Positions 29,108 to 38,961 of a stretch of 64,000 nt of DNA are shown here, one piece after another. The position numbers and the translations under genes are program-made. The notes beneath the pieces are model-generated. The model made no database searches and had not been told where the DNA came from. It saw nothing but the letters and a program-made list of their open reading frames with translations. This stretch comes from Phycisphaerales bacterium (GTDB lineage: Bacteria; Planctomycetota; Phycisphaerae; Phycisphaerales; UBA1924): contig OZ245777.1 of NCBI GenBank assembly GCA_965227775.1, forward strand, positions 2,976,001 through 3,040,000, in the 5' to 3' direction. Each line of letters opens with the position of its first letter. Positions within the stretch are counted from its first letter, which is position 1.

Positions 29108-30151
29108 GTGCGATTGATCCTACCGAATCCCAGGGGCTTCTGCGCCGGCGTGAGCATGGCTATCGACGTGGTCGATCAGGTGCTCGACTTGTGCCCGGGC
29201 GAACCTGTGTATGTCTACCACGACATCGTGCACAACAACCACGTGGTCGACCGGTTCAAGGCCCGGGGCGTGCGATTCGTTGAAGACGTCACGCTCGTGC
29301 CCGAGGGCTCGATCGTCGTGTTCAGCGCCCACGGCATTCCGCCGAGCGTGCGTCAGCAGGCCGCCGATCGCGGCCTACGCGTGATCGACGCGACGTGCCC
29401 CTTGGTGACCAAGGTGCACAACGAGGCCATCCGCTACGCCAGGCTGGGGTACCAGATCCTGCTGGTCGGCCACCGCAACCACCAGGAAATCATCGGTACC
29501 AGCGGTGAGGCTCCAGAGGCCACGCAGGTCGTCGAGAGCCCAAACGACATCCCAAATCTGAAGATCGATGACCCCGCCAAGCTGGTGTATCTCACGCAAA
29601 CAACGCTGAGCACCGACGACGCGGGCGTCATCATCGAGGCGCTCAAGCAGGCGTTCCCGGATATCAAGAGCCCGCCCAGCGAGGACATCTGCTACGCCAC
29701 GACGAACCGCCAGCACGCCGTGCGGACGCTCGCGCCGATGTGCGATTTGACGCTGGTCGTTGGCTCTACTCACAGCAGCAACAGCAAGCGGCTGACCGAG
29801 ATCAGCCAGCACGCCGGCACCCCAGGGCGACTGATCGACGACGCGAGCCAGATCGACTTTGGCTGGTTCACCGATCAGGATGCGACGGTGATGATCACCG
29901 CTGGTGCGAGCGCACCCGAGGATCTCGTTGCCGAGGTCTGCCGAACGCTGCTCGAGCGCTTCGGCGGAGATATCCGCGCGTGCGACGTGTTCGATGAAGA
30001 CGTCTACTTTGCCCCGCCCGCGGGCCTCAAGCAGATGATGCGTTCTCAGGGCATCGACCCGAAGGACCGGGCGATCCGAGTGCGGACGCCAGAGGTCACC
30101 GAGCAGGCGTACGGCGCCACTGCGCTGACGATCAGCGCACCGACTGGCTAA
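29108..30151 (+). CDS. ispH: 4-hydroxy-3-methylbut-2-enyl diphosphate reductase
   Basis: PRGFCAGV, IVHN, FSAHG, DATCPLV.KVH, QTTLS, DICYATTNRQ, SSNS, TAGASAP; GTG start at 29108. Confidence 0.96.
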   Translation: MRLILPNPRGFCAGVSMAIDVVDQVLDLCPGEPVYVYHDIVHNNHVVDRFKARGVRFVEDVTLVPEGSIVVFSAHGIPPSVRQQAADRGLRVIDATCPLVTKVHNEAIRYARLGYQILLVGHRNHQEIIGTSGEAPEATQVVESPNDIPNLKIDDPAKLVYLTQTTLSTDDAGVIIEALKQAFPDIKSPPSEDICYATTNRQHAVRTLAPMCDLTLVVGSTHSSNSKRLTEISQHAGTPGRLIDDASQIDFGWFTDQDATVMITAGASAPEDLVAEVCRTLLERFGGDIRACDVFDEDVYFAPPAGLKQMMRSQGIDPKDRAIRVRTPEVTEQAYGATALTISAPTG

Positions 30152-30468
30152 TCGAGGGACTTTGCCGACTCGGCTGCTCGCTCTGCCTCTGCTTGCTCGG
30201 CGATCGCCTTGAGCGCCCGGCCGTTCATGAGCGGGATGCTCGTGCGGCCGGTCGTGAGCACGACGCGGACGTATGGCTTACACATACCGCAGCCAGTGCA
30301 GCAGCCGGTGCGCTCGCTGAGCTCGTCTTGGGTCAGCCCTTCCTCGCGGGCCATCCGTAGCAGCTTCTCGAACGGCTGATCGAAGCAGACGCACCGCTCG
30401 ACGCGCACTCGCGTCGTTGGTGCGTCTAGGTCCGAGATGGCAGGTTGTCGTCCATTGACCTGTGCCAT
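30148..30468 (-). CDS. BFD-like (2Fe-2S)-binding protein
   Basis: RCVCF...TGCCTGCGMCKPY. Confidence 0.8.
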   Translation of the reverse strand: MAQVNGRQPAISDLDAPTTRVRVERCVCFDQPFEKLLRMAREEGLTQDELSERTGCCTGCGMCKPYVRVVLTTGRTSIPLMNGRALKAIAEQAEAERAAESAKSLD

Positions 30469-30505
30469 GTTCCGGCCACAGTATCGGCAGCACGGGCATC
30501 AATTC

Positions 30506-31324
30506 TCAGCGCCAGGTCTTCCAATCGGGAATATAGCGAGGGTCGTTGTGGAGGCCCACAGAGCCGATGCCCTGCGCGGGCTGGGTCAGCCAATCGCGTG
30601 TGGCCCGATATGCCCTGGCGCTACCGTCCGCGTGCACGGCGAGGCATGACGCGCCCATGCCCAGGCCGCCATGGCGGAAGCACGTAGTTGGGTACTCGTT
30701 CTCCCGCCACCGCCCGCGCCCAGCGTACAGCATCGGCGGATCGAGCAACGCGTTGCTGACCGGAAGTGCTCTCGGGCCGCGGCTGATCAGCGTGTCGGCA
30801 AACACGATGAGATTGGAAGGATCGGCAAGCGAGGCAAGACGCTGGTGCGGGCGGTGCGCAATGTCGTACGACCAGCCGGGCGTGTAGGCGGGGCTTAAGA
30901 AATAACCGTTGTAGCCGTAGGTGCTGGTCGGAGCCCTGGTTGCGCCCTGGTGCGCATACGAGCCCGGACGCTGGGCGGGGCAGGCGTAGACGCCGAATTC
31001 GCCCGGAGTCGCATCGAGGTATGGCGAGAGCAGTCCACGGGCGTGGTCGAGTTGGCCACTGGCCGAGCCATCGGCGCCCCACCAGAAGACGTTGTCTCCT
31101 CCGCCGGTATCGCGGCGGTCGGTGTAGGCCAGTGGCATGGCCAGGCCATCGAAGTCACTCGCGTACAAGGCCCATCCCAGCCCGAGCTGGCGGAGGTTGC
31201 TGGCACACGCGGCGCTGCGAGCGGCATCCCGGGCGCCCGACAGCGCCGGCAACAGGACGCCGATGAGCGCACTGACGATGGCCGTGACGACCAGCACTTC
31301 AATGAGCGTGAAGGCCCGCCGCAT
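30506..31324 (-). CDS. Prepilin-type N-terminal cleavage/methylation protein (DUF1559/H-X9-DG-like), riboswitch operon gene 3
   Basis: [13 protein letters not shown]...[26 protein letters not shown]...HADGS; TGATG overlap with the upstream gene. Confidence 0.88.
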   Translation of the reverse strand: MRRAFTLIEVLVVTAIVSALIGVLLPALSGARDAARSAACASNLRQLGLGWALYASDFDGLAMPLAYTDRRDTGGGDNVFWWGADGSASGQLDHARGLLSPYLDATPGEFGVYACPAQRPGSYAHQGATRAPTSTYGYNGYFLSPAYTPGWSYDIAHRPHQRLASLADPSNLIVFADTLISRGPRALPVSNALLDPPMLYAGRGRWRENEYPTTCFRHGGLGMGASCLAVHADGSARAYRATRDWLTQPAQGIGSVGLHNDPRYIPDWKTWR

Positions 31325-32757
31325 CAGCACCCCGCCGAGAATGCGTTCTGAAAGCACAAGAAATCAAAGATGGTCAGCGAGCCATCGCCATCGCAATCAG
31401 CAGCGAGATCGCTGGCATCGAAGGCGTTCTGGAACGCGAGGAAGTCGAAGATGGTGAGCGAGGCGTCACCATCGAAGTCGGCGTAGCAGCCGCCTTCAAT
31501 GGCAAACGCCACCACACCGTCGACCCAGGCGCTCACGGCCACGCCGCCGGACACTGCTGGTGCTCCGCCGCCAAGGTCGGTGCCGTCGATGACGAAACTC
31601 GCGCTATCTGGATCGGCGTTCAGGTCCAGAAGCGCAAGGCCGCCACCCTGCGCGCCAACGAAGAGTACCGGCCCGCTCGGCGTGTCGAGCACCGCGGGCT
31701 GGTGGTCCCAGCCGCCGTAGCTCAGGTGCTCGCCCGGGTCGACCTCGCCGTTGCCGTTGAGGTCGTCCCAGGTCGCGTTCACAAGGTCCCAGAGCATCGC
31801 GCCCGAGGCATCGAAGAGCTGAACCGTTGCGATCGAGCCGAATCCGTCGATGCCGCCCGAAAGCACGATCCGGCCGTCTCTCAGCGCGATGGGCACCGCG
31901 TCCGTGCGCTCACAGGCGGTCGTCCACAGCTCTTCGCCGGTGATCGCGTCGAACTTGGCCATCACGCTGTTGCTGCGGCCACCAAAGAAGGCGTAGGTTG
32001 GCGCGTACGCCGCCCCCCCGACCACGCTCGGCCCACCGAAGAACCCCTCCTCCAGGGGCTCGTCGATGGTCCACAGCGGATCAAGGTCGAGGTCGAATGC
32101 GCGCATCACGCCGTCGATGTCGCCCACCAGTACGCGTCCGTCGGCCACCGCGGGCGTCGCGCCCGAGGTCGGGCCGAACGCAACATCGCCGAGCACGTCG
32201 CCGCTCGCGGCATCGATCGACACCACGCGTCCACCACCCGAGGGCGCGTAGGTCGTGACGATGACGCGGGCCGGGTCGCCCACGATCGTTGGCGAGGCGT
32301 TGACCACACGGATGCCGAGGTCGACGCTCCACAGCTCCGAACCATCGGCCAAGTCGAGCCCCACCACGCCGAAGCCCGAGGCGACGGCGACCATACCCGC
32401 ATCGATCGTGCCTTGGACGGCGGGAGAGGCCCACGACAGGAACTCCGGGGCGGCAATCTGCGTGCTCCAGAGCTCGCGACCATCATCGGCGTCGAGCGCG
32501 AACGCGAAGGCCGCCGAGCCGATCCATCCAAGTACGACGACGACGCCATCGCTCGAGACCACCGGCCCGGACTGGCCAACGGACTCGAAGGCGCCATCGG
32601 CATCAAACGTCCAGGCCGCTTCCCCCAGGTCCGGCAATGCCAACACGGTCGCCACGGCGTTGCGCTCGGGTGTGGCCGCGTAGTGCGTCCACTCCTGCGC
32701 GAACGCTGGCGATGCCACCAGGGCGATGAGCAACCGCGTGATGGTCACCCGTCGCAA
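31324..32757 (-). CDS. PQQ-like/BamB-type beta-propeller protein with C-terminal GC-type dockerin, riboswitch operon gene 2
   Basis: Signal peptide AFA-QEW; repeated ALDA..G.ELWS and ASP motifs; ends [14 protein letters not shown]. Confidence 0.85.
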   Translation of the reverse strand: MRRVTITRLLIALVASPAFAQEWTHYAATPERNAVATVLALPDLGEAAWTFDADGAFESVGQSGPVVSSDGVVVVLGWIGSAAFAFALDADDGRELWSTQIAAPEFLSWASPAVQGTIDAGMVAVASGFGVVGLDLADGSELWSVDLGIRVVNASPTIVGDPARVIVTTYAPSGGGRVVSIDAASGDVLGDVAFGPTSGATPAVADGRVLVGDIDGVMRAFDLDLDPLWTIDEPLEEGFFGGPSVVGGAAYAPTYAFFGGRSNSVMAKFDAITGEELWTTACERTDAVPIALRDGRIVLSGGIDGFGSIATVQLFDASGAMLWDLVNATWDDLNGNGEVDPGEHLSYGGWDHQPAVLDTPSGPVLFVGAQGGGLALLDLNADPDSASFVIDGTDLGGGAPAVSGGVAVSAWVDGVVAFAIEGGCYADFDGDASLTIFDFLAFQNAFDASDLAADCDGDGSLTIFDFLCFQNAFSAGC

Positions 32758-33648
32758 CTAGCACCCCCCGAAGAACGCGTTGGTGAAGCACAAAAAGTCG
32801 AAGATATCCAGTCGGCCGTTCTCGTCGCAATCGGCCCGGCCATCGCCCGTGGAAAACAGGTTCTGGAACTCGAGGAAGTCGAAAACCTCGAGCGCGCCGT
32901 TGCCGTCGACGTCGGCGGTGCACGTCGCACGCACGACCGAGACGCCGTCGATGTCGGGCGATTCACCGTCGCCGGCGGTGATCCGCACGAAGTTGACCTC
33001 GAACAGGCCAACAGTGCCGATGTCGATGCCAATACCGCCGCCCGAGCCGTCGTAGGCGTCGACGAGTTGATCCCAGTCGAGGCCATCGGGATCGATGGTT
33101 GGATCAACGGGCAAGCGGAAGTCGCTTGAGACGTCGCCTGGAACGTCGGTGAATGGGGTCGGCAGGTCAAGGTAACCGAGCGTGGGGAAGTCGCTTTCGG
33201 CGGGCATCGTGACGGCGAAGAACTCGACGCCGTCTTCTGAGACCCCGATCGAGCCACCGTCGAAGAACGTACCGCCGACGACGCCGGCCGGGAAGGCCGC
33301 GTCGATGTAGCCGCCGTTGTGGAAAATGATGAGGTCGACACCGAAGGGATTGGTCGCCGCGTCGATCGCGGGCGTGCCCAGACGCAGGGTGAGGCTGCCG
33401 CCAGCACCGATCGTCACGACTTCGCTCGAAAGAAAGGCGGGGTTGAAGGGCGTGACGGCGCCGGGGAACGAGCCGACGCCCGTGAATCGCGCGGGCTCCC
33501 CGAGCGCGCTCATTGGGTCGTCAAAGCCCATGGGCACGTCGGCACCCGGAGAGTACTCGATGACCTCCGCGGCGAACGGGTCGAGAAGGCCCTGGGCGCT
33601 CGCGGCGGTCGCGAAGAGCAGCGATACAGAGAGAGCAGCCGTGCGCAT
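32758..33648 (-). CDS. Secreted protein with C-terminal GC-type dockerin, putative cobalamin-binding surface domain, riboswitch operon gene 1
   Basis: AAGGAG RBS; signal peptide; DPFAAEVIEYSPG...SALG...TIGAGGSLTL...NPFGVDLIIF.N...VSEDG..F...GIDI...FVRITA; ends FTNAFFGGC. Confidence 0.75.
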   Translation of the reverse strand: MRTAALSVSLLFATAASAQGLLDPFAAEVIEYSPGADVPMGFDDPMSALGEPARFTGVGSFPGAVTPFNPAFLSSEVVTIGAGGSLTLRLGTPAIDAATNPFGVDLIIFHNGGYIDAAFPAGVVGGTFFDGGSIGVSEDGVEFFAVTMPAESDFPTLGYLDLPTPFTDVPGDVSSDFRLPVDPTIDPDGLDWDQLVDAYDGSGGGIGIDIGTVGLFEVNFVRITAGDGESPDIDGVSVVRATCTADVDGNGALEVFDFLEFQNLFSTGDGRADCDENGRLDIFDFLCFTNAFFGGC

Positions 33649-33849
33649 CGCGCACTCCTTCCGTGCCGGCTGCTTGCCGGCGTGCGTCCCGAGTCGCGCG
33701 GGACGGCCCCGGACCTGTGCGCACGCCAACGACGCTCGCGGGTCCATGAGTCGCGTCTCGCAGGGGTTCAATGGCACGGATGCGCGCACGCCCGGGGCAC
33801 ACGGGCTCGCACCGCGCCACCCCATACGCGAGGGCGACAACGCAGGCTC

Positions 33850-34062
33850 GTGGCAGGTCTTCCGGCTCCGGGCCCGATCCTCGGCTGCCTTCCCGCGAAG
33901 GAGGTCAAACTCCCCGCAGTGGCATGCTCCCCAGGCGTTTCAGCCAAGGGGCCGAGGTCGGAAGCTGCCCGTTACGGCGGCGCGTCCGCGGTGGCTTTTC
34001 ACCACGCTTCCCTCTTCGCTCCCAGGTGACCAATACAGGCCGTCCCGGGAGAACCATGAGCA
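33850..34062 (-). promoter_or_regulatory. Cobalamin (AdoCbl) riboswitch
   Basis: Minus strand reads GGTTCTCC...GAAGAGGGAAGCGTGGTGAAAAGCCACCGCGGACGCGCCGCCGTAA...GCCACTG...CGGGAAGGC...GAGCCGGAAGACCTGCC: conserved B12-element blocks in order, including the B12 box. Confidence 0.93.
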
Positions 34063-34108
34063 AATCGAGATTACCCCGGCGTCGGACGGCGGTCAAGCGG
34101 CGGGCGGC

Positions 34109-35497
34109 TTACAGCCCCTTCCACCCCGCTCGCTGCACCTCACCCCGGCCCGGTGTCTCAACGCCGAGCGAGCGGAGTTGCCGCAAGAGGCGGTCGCTCA
34201 TGTCTGCGTTGACCACGAGCACGCCATCCTCGTACTGGCGGTCGCGCACGGTGGTCTGCGTCTCGATGAGGTTGATGGCTTTGGGGTTGCTCAGCGGCAC
34301 GCGGAGCGTGACGTCCCCCACGTCGCCCTCTGCGAGCCGCCGGATGCGACGAGCGAGCTTGGCCTGGCCTGGCCGCTCCTGGTCATCAACGGCAGGCAGC
34401 GAGCACAACGCAATCGCCTCCGGCAGGCGCTGCTGCCACACGAGCAGCTCGCGGTTGTCGCGCAGGCGGTCGATCTTGTTCAGCACAATCACACGTGTGG
34501 GCGGAGACCAGTGGCCGTCTTCTTCGGCCTTTGCGGTCTCTGCGTCGAGGTCGTCGAGCGTCTTCATGACGGTCTGGTATTGCAGCTCGCACGCGGGATC
34601 AGACACGTCCAGCACGACGAGGAGCACATCCGCGTGCGTTGCTTCCTCCAGCGTTGCGCGGAACGAGGCGATCAGCCGGTGCGGAAGGTCGCGCACGAAC
34701 CCGACGGTGTCGCTGAGCATGACCTCGAGCCCATTGCCAAGGTCCCACGCCCGCGTGCGGGTCATCAGCGTGGCGAACACGCGATCGTCGGCATAGGCGC
34801 CACCCTCGGTCAACGTATTGAACAAGGTGCTCTTTCCGGCATTCGTGTAGCCAACGAGCCCGACCGTGTACCGCTCGGCGTTGCGCTGCCGCACGGCTCG
34901 TTGCTTGCGGCCCTGCACACGCTCCAGCTCGCGCTCAAGTTCGAGACGGCGTCGTTGTACCAACCGCCGGTCGATCTCGAGCTGCTGCTCGCCCGGCCCG
35001 CGCGTGCCCACGCCGCCGATGCCCCCGCTGCCGACGATGCGCTCGAGGTGGTCCCACATCGCACGGAGCCTGGGGTAGGTGTACTCGAGCTGGGCCAGCT
35101 CAACCTGCAGCTTGGCCTCGTAGCTCGTCGCGCGGCTGGCGAAGATGTCCAGGATCAGTTCCGAGCGATCGAGCACTTTGCGCTCGGTCGTCCGCTCGAT
35201 AGCCGAGATCTGCGCGGGGCTGAGATCGTGATCGAAGATGATGGTCGTCGCGCCCAGCGCCTCGCACAGGCCCTTGAGCTCATCGACCTTTCCCTTGCCC
35301 AAATACGTGCCCGACTGCGGCCGCTGCATCCGCTGCTCGAGCTCGCCCACAACAACCGCGCCGGCCTGCTCGGCGAGGGCGCGAAGCTCGCCGAAAGGGT
35401 CAGCCGGGTCATACGTGGAGTCGGGCAGCCGCGCGGCGGCCAGCACCGCCCGCTCGGCACGGACTTCGATCGAGGTTCGTTCTTTGCTTGGAGGCAT
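34109..35497 (-). CDS. hflX: GTPase HflX
   Basis: YLGKGKVDEL, LILDIFASRA, QVELAQLEY..PRL, GPGEQQLEIDRR, GYTNAGKSTL, DTVGF, NKID. Confidence 0.97.
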   Translation of the reverse strand: MPPSKERTSIEVRAERAVLAAARLPDSTYDPADPFGELRALAEQAGAVVVGELEQRMQRPQSGTYLGKGKVDELKGLCEALGATTIIFDHDLSPAQISAIERTTERKVLDRSELILDIFASRATSYEAKLQVELAQLEYTYPRLRAMWDHLERIVGSGGIGGVGTRGPGEQQLEIDRRLVQRRRLELERELERVQGRKQRAVRQRNAERYTVGLVGYTNAGKSTLFNTLTEGGAYADDRVFATLMTRTRAWDLGNGLEVMLSDTVGFVRDLPHRLIASFRATLEEATHADVLLVVLDVSDPACELQYQTVMKTLDDLDAETAKAEEDGHWSPPTRVIVLNKIDRLRDNRELLVWQQRLPEAIALCSLPAVDDQERPGQAKLARRIRRLAEGDVGDVTLRVPLSNPKAINLIETQTTVRDRQYEDGVLVVNADMSDRLLRQLRSLGVETPGRGEVQRAGWKGL

Positions 35498-35616
35498 GCG
35501 GACTCGTTGATTCGGGGCTAGGGCAACCCGACGGTCCTTGGTAGAACACGGCCGACGGGCGTATCGTGGTTCTGTATGAATAGTACGAGGAAGAGCAGCA
35601 CGATAGGAGCCCAACC

Positions 35617-37173
35617 ATGGCGATAGTCGCCAAGGAGAAGCCCAAGGGCCCCGGTGCCGGTGGACCATTCTGGGGTCCAGGCCGCTTCCTACTGGTCATC
35701 GCGCTGCTCGTAACGGTGTCAGCCTCGCTCCTCGTGCTGCGCGAGAGGCTACTGGGCCTAGGCCGCTTCGCCCAAGCGGCCGCGGTCCTCAAGATCATCG
35801 AGGACAACTACGTCCAGGAGACCGATCCCGACGAGCTGAGCCGTGCGGCCATCTCGGGCATGCTGGGCAATCTCGGCGACCCCAACAGCATTTACGTCCC
35901 CCCCGCGGTGGCCGAGCAATTCAACCGCATGGTGATGGGCGCCGATTTCGTGGGCATCGGCGTGCAGGTGCAGCGGCGCGATGGCTTCGTGACAGTGACA
36001 ACTCCCATGGCCGGCACGCCCGCGGCCCGAGCCGGGGTCTTGCCAGGCGACCGCATCGTCGCGGTAGACGGCGTCGATACGCGGGAGCTCGACACCGAGG
36101 AGGTCACAACGCTCATCGCCGGACCGCGCGGCGAAGCGGTCACGCTCACGGTGCTCCGCGGTGAAGACGCCGACGGCGACGAGATCGATCTTGAGATCGT
36201 GCGCGGCGACATCCGAGCCGAGTCGGTCAAGGGCCTGCGACGGCTCGACACCGAGGGCGCGTGGTACCACGCGCTCGACTACGAGCGCGGCATCGGATAT
36301 GTGCGCATCACGCAGTTTGTGGGCGGCACGGGCGAGGCAACATACCGAGCCATCGAGCGTGCTCGCTCGCAGATGGCCGCCCAGGGCGCTGAACTAAACG
36401 CGTTGATCTTGGACCTGCGATCCAACCCGGGCGGCGTGATCGGCGAATCGGTGGGCGTGGCCGACCTGTTCATTCCTGGCGGTCCGGTCGTTCGTACGCA
36501 GGACCGCCAGGGCAACTCGACCACACTGAACGCGGCACCCGGCGTGGCGTTTGAGGGACCAGTTGTCGTGATGATCGATGGCATCAGCGCCTCAGGATCC
36601 GAGATCGTCGCGGGTGCAATGGCCGAGCGTTTGGAAGACGCCAGGGTGCTCGGCACGCGGACGTTTGGCAAGGCAAGCGTGCAGACGGTGTACGGCCTGC
36701 CCGACGGTGGCACGCTTAAGCTCACCGAGGCGCACTATCTCCTACCCAGCGGCCGCAACCTGCAGCGCGTCGCGGGCTCTGCCGAGTGGGGCGTCGACCC
36801 AAGCGAGGGCATGCACGTGCCGCTCGAGGCGAGCGACGAAGCTCGGCTTGCAGGGCTGCTCGAGCGACTGGACGCCGTCGGCGGTGAGGATGGCAACGGC
36901 GGTATCGCCGAGAGCACGTGGGAGTCCGCCGAAGACCTGCTCGGGGCCATCGACGACCCACAACTCTCCGCCGCGCACGAGGCGCTTGCCGGCCGGCTGA
37001 CTTCTGGCGCGTGGCCGCGCGTGGGCGGTGACCCGATCACGGGTGAGCGAGCGCTGCGCCTTGAGCAACTCGAGCGAACACTCGGCCGAATGACGACCGA
37101 GCGCGAGCGGATGCTCGAGGAAATCGAGCGGCTGCGACGCGAGACCGACGACGACGAGTTGAGCGAACGATGA
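35617..37173 (+). CDS. S41 family C-terminal processing peptidase (PDZ + Ser/Lys dyad)
   Basis: FVGIGV (PDZ), LDLRSNPGG, SASGSEIVAGA, TFGKASVQ. Confidence 0.93.
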   Translation: MAIVAKEKPKGPGAGGPFWGPGRFLLVIALLVTVSASLLVLRERLLGLGRFAQAAAVLKIIEDNYVQETDPDELSRAAISGMLGNLGDPNSIYVPPAVAEQFNRMVMGADFVGIGVQVQRRDGFVTVTTPMAGTPAARAGVLPGDRIVAVDGVDTRELDTEEVTTLIAGPRGEAVTLTVLRGEDADGDEIDLEIVRGDIRAESVKGLRRLDTEGAWYHALDYERGIGYVRITQFVGGTGEATYRAIERARSQMAAQGAELNALILDLRSNPGGVIGESVGVADLFIPGGPVVRTQDRQGNSTTLNAAPGVAFEGPVVVMIDGISASGSEIVAGAMAERLEDARVLGTRTFGKASVQTVYGLPDGGTLKLTEAHYLLPSGRNLQRVAGSAEWGVDPSEGMHVPLEASDEARLAGLLERLDAVGGEDGNGGIAESTWESAEDLLGAIDDPQLSAAHEALAGRLTSGAWPRVGGDPITGERALRLEQLERTLGRMTTERERMLEEIERLRRETDDDELSER

Positions 37174-37203
37174 CGGCTGCTTGCTCATGAATTGCGATCC
37201 GCC

Positions 37204-38280
37204 ATGCTGACGCTGGGATTCGAGACTTCCTGTGACGAAACGGCGTGCGCTATCGTCCGCGACGGCCGGCATGTCATCAGCAACGCCATCGCCACGCAGA
37301 CCGAGCTTCATGCTGGCTACGGCGGGGTTGTGCCCGAGATCGCCGGCAGAGCGCACGTCGAGCGGCTGATCCCGGTGCTACGGCGGGCTGTGAAAGACGC
37401 GGATGTGTCGGTCAAGGACGTCGACGCGGTCGCGGTCGGACACCGGCCGGGACTCATCGGGAGCCTGCTTGTGGGCGTGAGTGCGGCGAAGGCGGCGTCG
37501 CTCGCTCTCGGCGTGCCGCTGGTTGGCGTCGACCACGTGCAGGCCCACCTTGTCGCCGGCACGCTCGATACCGACGACCAGACGCCCATGCCCGCGCTCG
37601 GCCTCGTGGTCAGCGGCGGCCACACGGCAACCTACTACGTACCCCAACTGACCCGAGCCGAGCGCCTTGGCTCGACGCGCGACGATGCGGTGGGCGAGGC
37701 GTACGACAAGGCGGCGACGATCCTGGGACTCGAATACCCCGGAGGGCCGCGGCTCGACGCGCTCGCCCAGGACCCCGCCGCCGATCCCTACGCAGTCGAG
37801 TTTCCCGTCAGCCGACTCGAAGAGGGTTCGCTGGACTTCTCGTTTAGCGGTCTGAAGACCGCCGTGCTCTACGCGGTCAGGGGCGTGCCGGTACGCAAGG
37901 GGGCGCCGGGCCCGCCGCCCCCACCGCCGCTGACCGAGGACCGCGTGCGCGATCTGGCCGCGTGCTTCCAACGGGCGGCGTGCCACGCCGTGATGCTCAA
38001 GGTCGGCCGCGCGCTCGACGCGCTCGCAGACAGCGGCATCGAGTGCCGGTCGATCCTGGCCGGTGGCGGCGTCACCGCGAACAGCCGCCTCAGAAAGGAA
38101 CTCACATCGCTCGCCACCGAGCGCGGCCTCGTGCTCCGCTTGCCCAAGATGGCGTACTGCCTGGACAACGCCGCGATGATCGCCGCGCTCGGCGGGCTGC
38201 GACTCATGGCCGGTCAGCACGACGAACTGACGCTTCGCGCCCACCCCTCCAGCGATATCCCGGCGTTCACGGCCCTATGA
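37204..38280 (+). CDS. tsaD: tRNA N6-threonylcarbamoyltransferase TsaD
   Basis: GFETSCDET, GGVVPEIA.RAH, PGLIGSL, VSGGHT, DDAVGEAYDK, DFSFSGLKT, DNAAMI. Confidence 0.97.
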   Translation: MLTLGFETSCDETACAIVRDGRHVISNAIATQTELHAGYGGVVPEIAGRAHVERLIPVLRRAVKDADVSVKDVDAVAVGHRPGLIGSLLVGVSAAKAASLALGVPLVGVDHVQAHLVAGTLDTDDQTPMPALGLVVSGGHTATYYVPQLTRAERLGSTRDDAVGEAYDKAATILGLEYPGGPRLDALAQDPAADPYAVEFPVSRLEEGSLDFSFSGLKTAVLYAVRGVPVRKGAPGPPPPPPLTEDRVRDLAACFQRAACHAVMLKVGRALDALADSGIECRSILAGGGVTANSRLRKELTSLATERGLVLRLPKMAYCLDNAAMIAALGGLRLMAGQHDELTLRAHPSSDIPAFTAL

Positions 38281-38840
38281 GCGGCGACCCGCGAGACGCC
38301 GACTACTTCGCAGCACCCGAGCGGGTCGAGCGCGACCCGCACCCGGCGTCGCTACCCGACGAAGACATCCTCGCCGACTGCACGCTCGAGCGCGGTCGCA
38401 TCGGCGGACCGGGCGGCCAGCACCGCAACAAGGTCGAGACGGCCATCACCCTCACCCACAAGCCAACTGGTCAGAGCGCCCAGGCCGGCGAACGCCGCAG
38501 CCCCAAGGACAACGAACGCATGGCGCTGCGGCGATTGCGCCTGGCGATCGCCACGCATGTTCGTTTGCCCGTGCCCGTCGGCGAGATCCGAAGCGACATG
38601 TGGCTGCAGCGCACCAAGGGCGGCAAGATCGCCATCAACCCCAGCCACCGCGACTTCCCGACGATGCTTGCCGAAGCGATGGACGTCGTCTGGGCCGCGC
38701 GCATGGACATCCGCAAGGCGGCGGCGCGCCTGGGCGTGAGCCGCACGCAGCTCGTGCGCATGATCGCCAAGCACCCCGCGGCGCTAGCCGAGATGAACGC
38801 CGCGCGGGTCGCGCGCAAGCTGCGGCCGCTGCATCCGTAG
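38277..38840 (+). CDS. Peptide chain release factor-like protein (stand-alone GGQ domain)
   Basis: GGPGGQHRNKVETAI.LTHKPTG...ERRS...N...AL.RL; ATGA overlap with tsaD. Confidence 0.85.
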   Translation: MSGDPRDADYFAAPERVERDPHPASLPDEDILADCTLERGRIGGPGGQHRNKVETAITLTHKPTGQSAQAGERRSPKDNERMALRRLRLAIATHVRLPVPVGEIRSDMWLQRTKGGKIAINPSHRDFPTMLAEAMDVVWAARMDIRKAAARLGVSRTQLVRMIAKHPAALAEMNAARVARKLRPLHP

Positions 38841-38961
38841 GTCTTAAGCATTCGATCAAGCTGAGGTGACTCGGAACGTCGGTGGTCGGGCAACTCTTGA
38901 TGGCCCTTGCCAGGAGTAGTCCACAGTTCAGAAGCAGCGCCCCCCAATCGAGCGCGTCAGC

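Noticed and set aside
24617..31324. Type II secretion / type IV pilus gene cluster
   Set aside because: Only isolated prepilin-type genes; no ATPase, secretin or platform protein in the window
33649..33840. N-terminal extension of the 32758-33840 ORF
   Set aside because: Falls in the riboswitch leader; the AAGGAG RBS and signal peptide support ATG 33648
33317..35521. 734-aa plus-strand ORF and similar long antisense ORFs (e.g. 53672-55711, 19289-21007, 24017-25636)
   Set aside because: High-GC shadow frames opposite well-supported genes; no motifs
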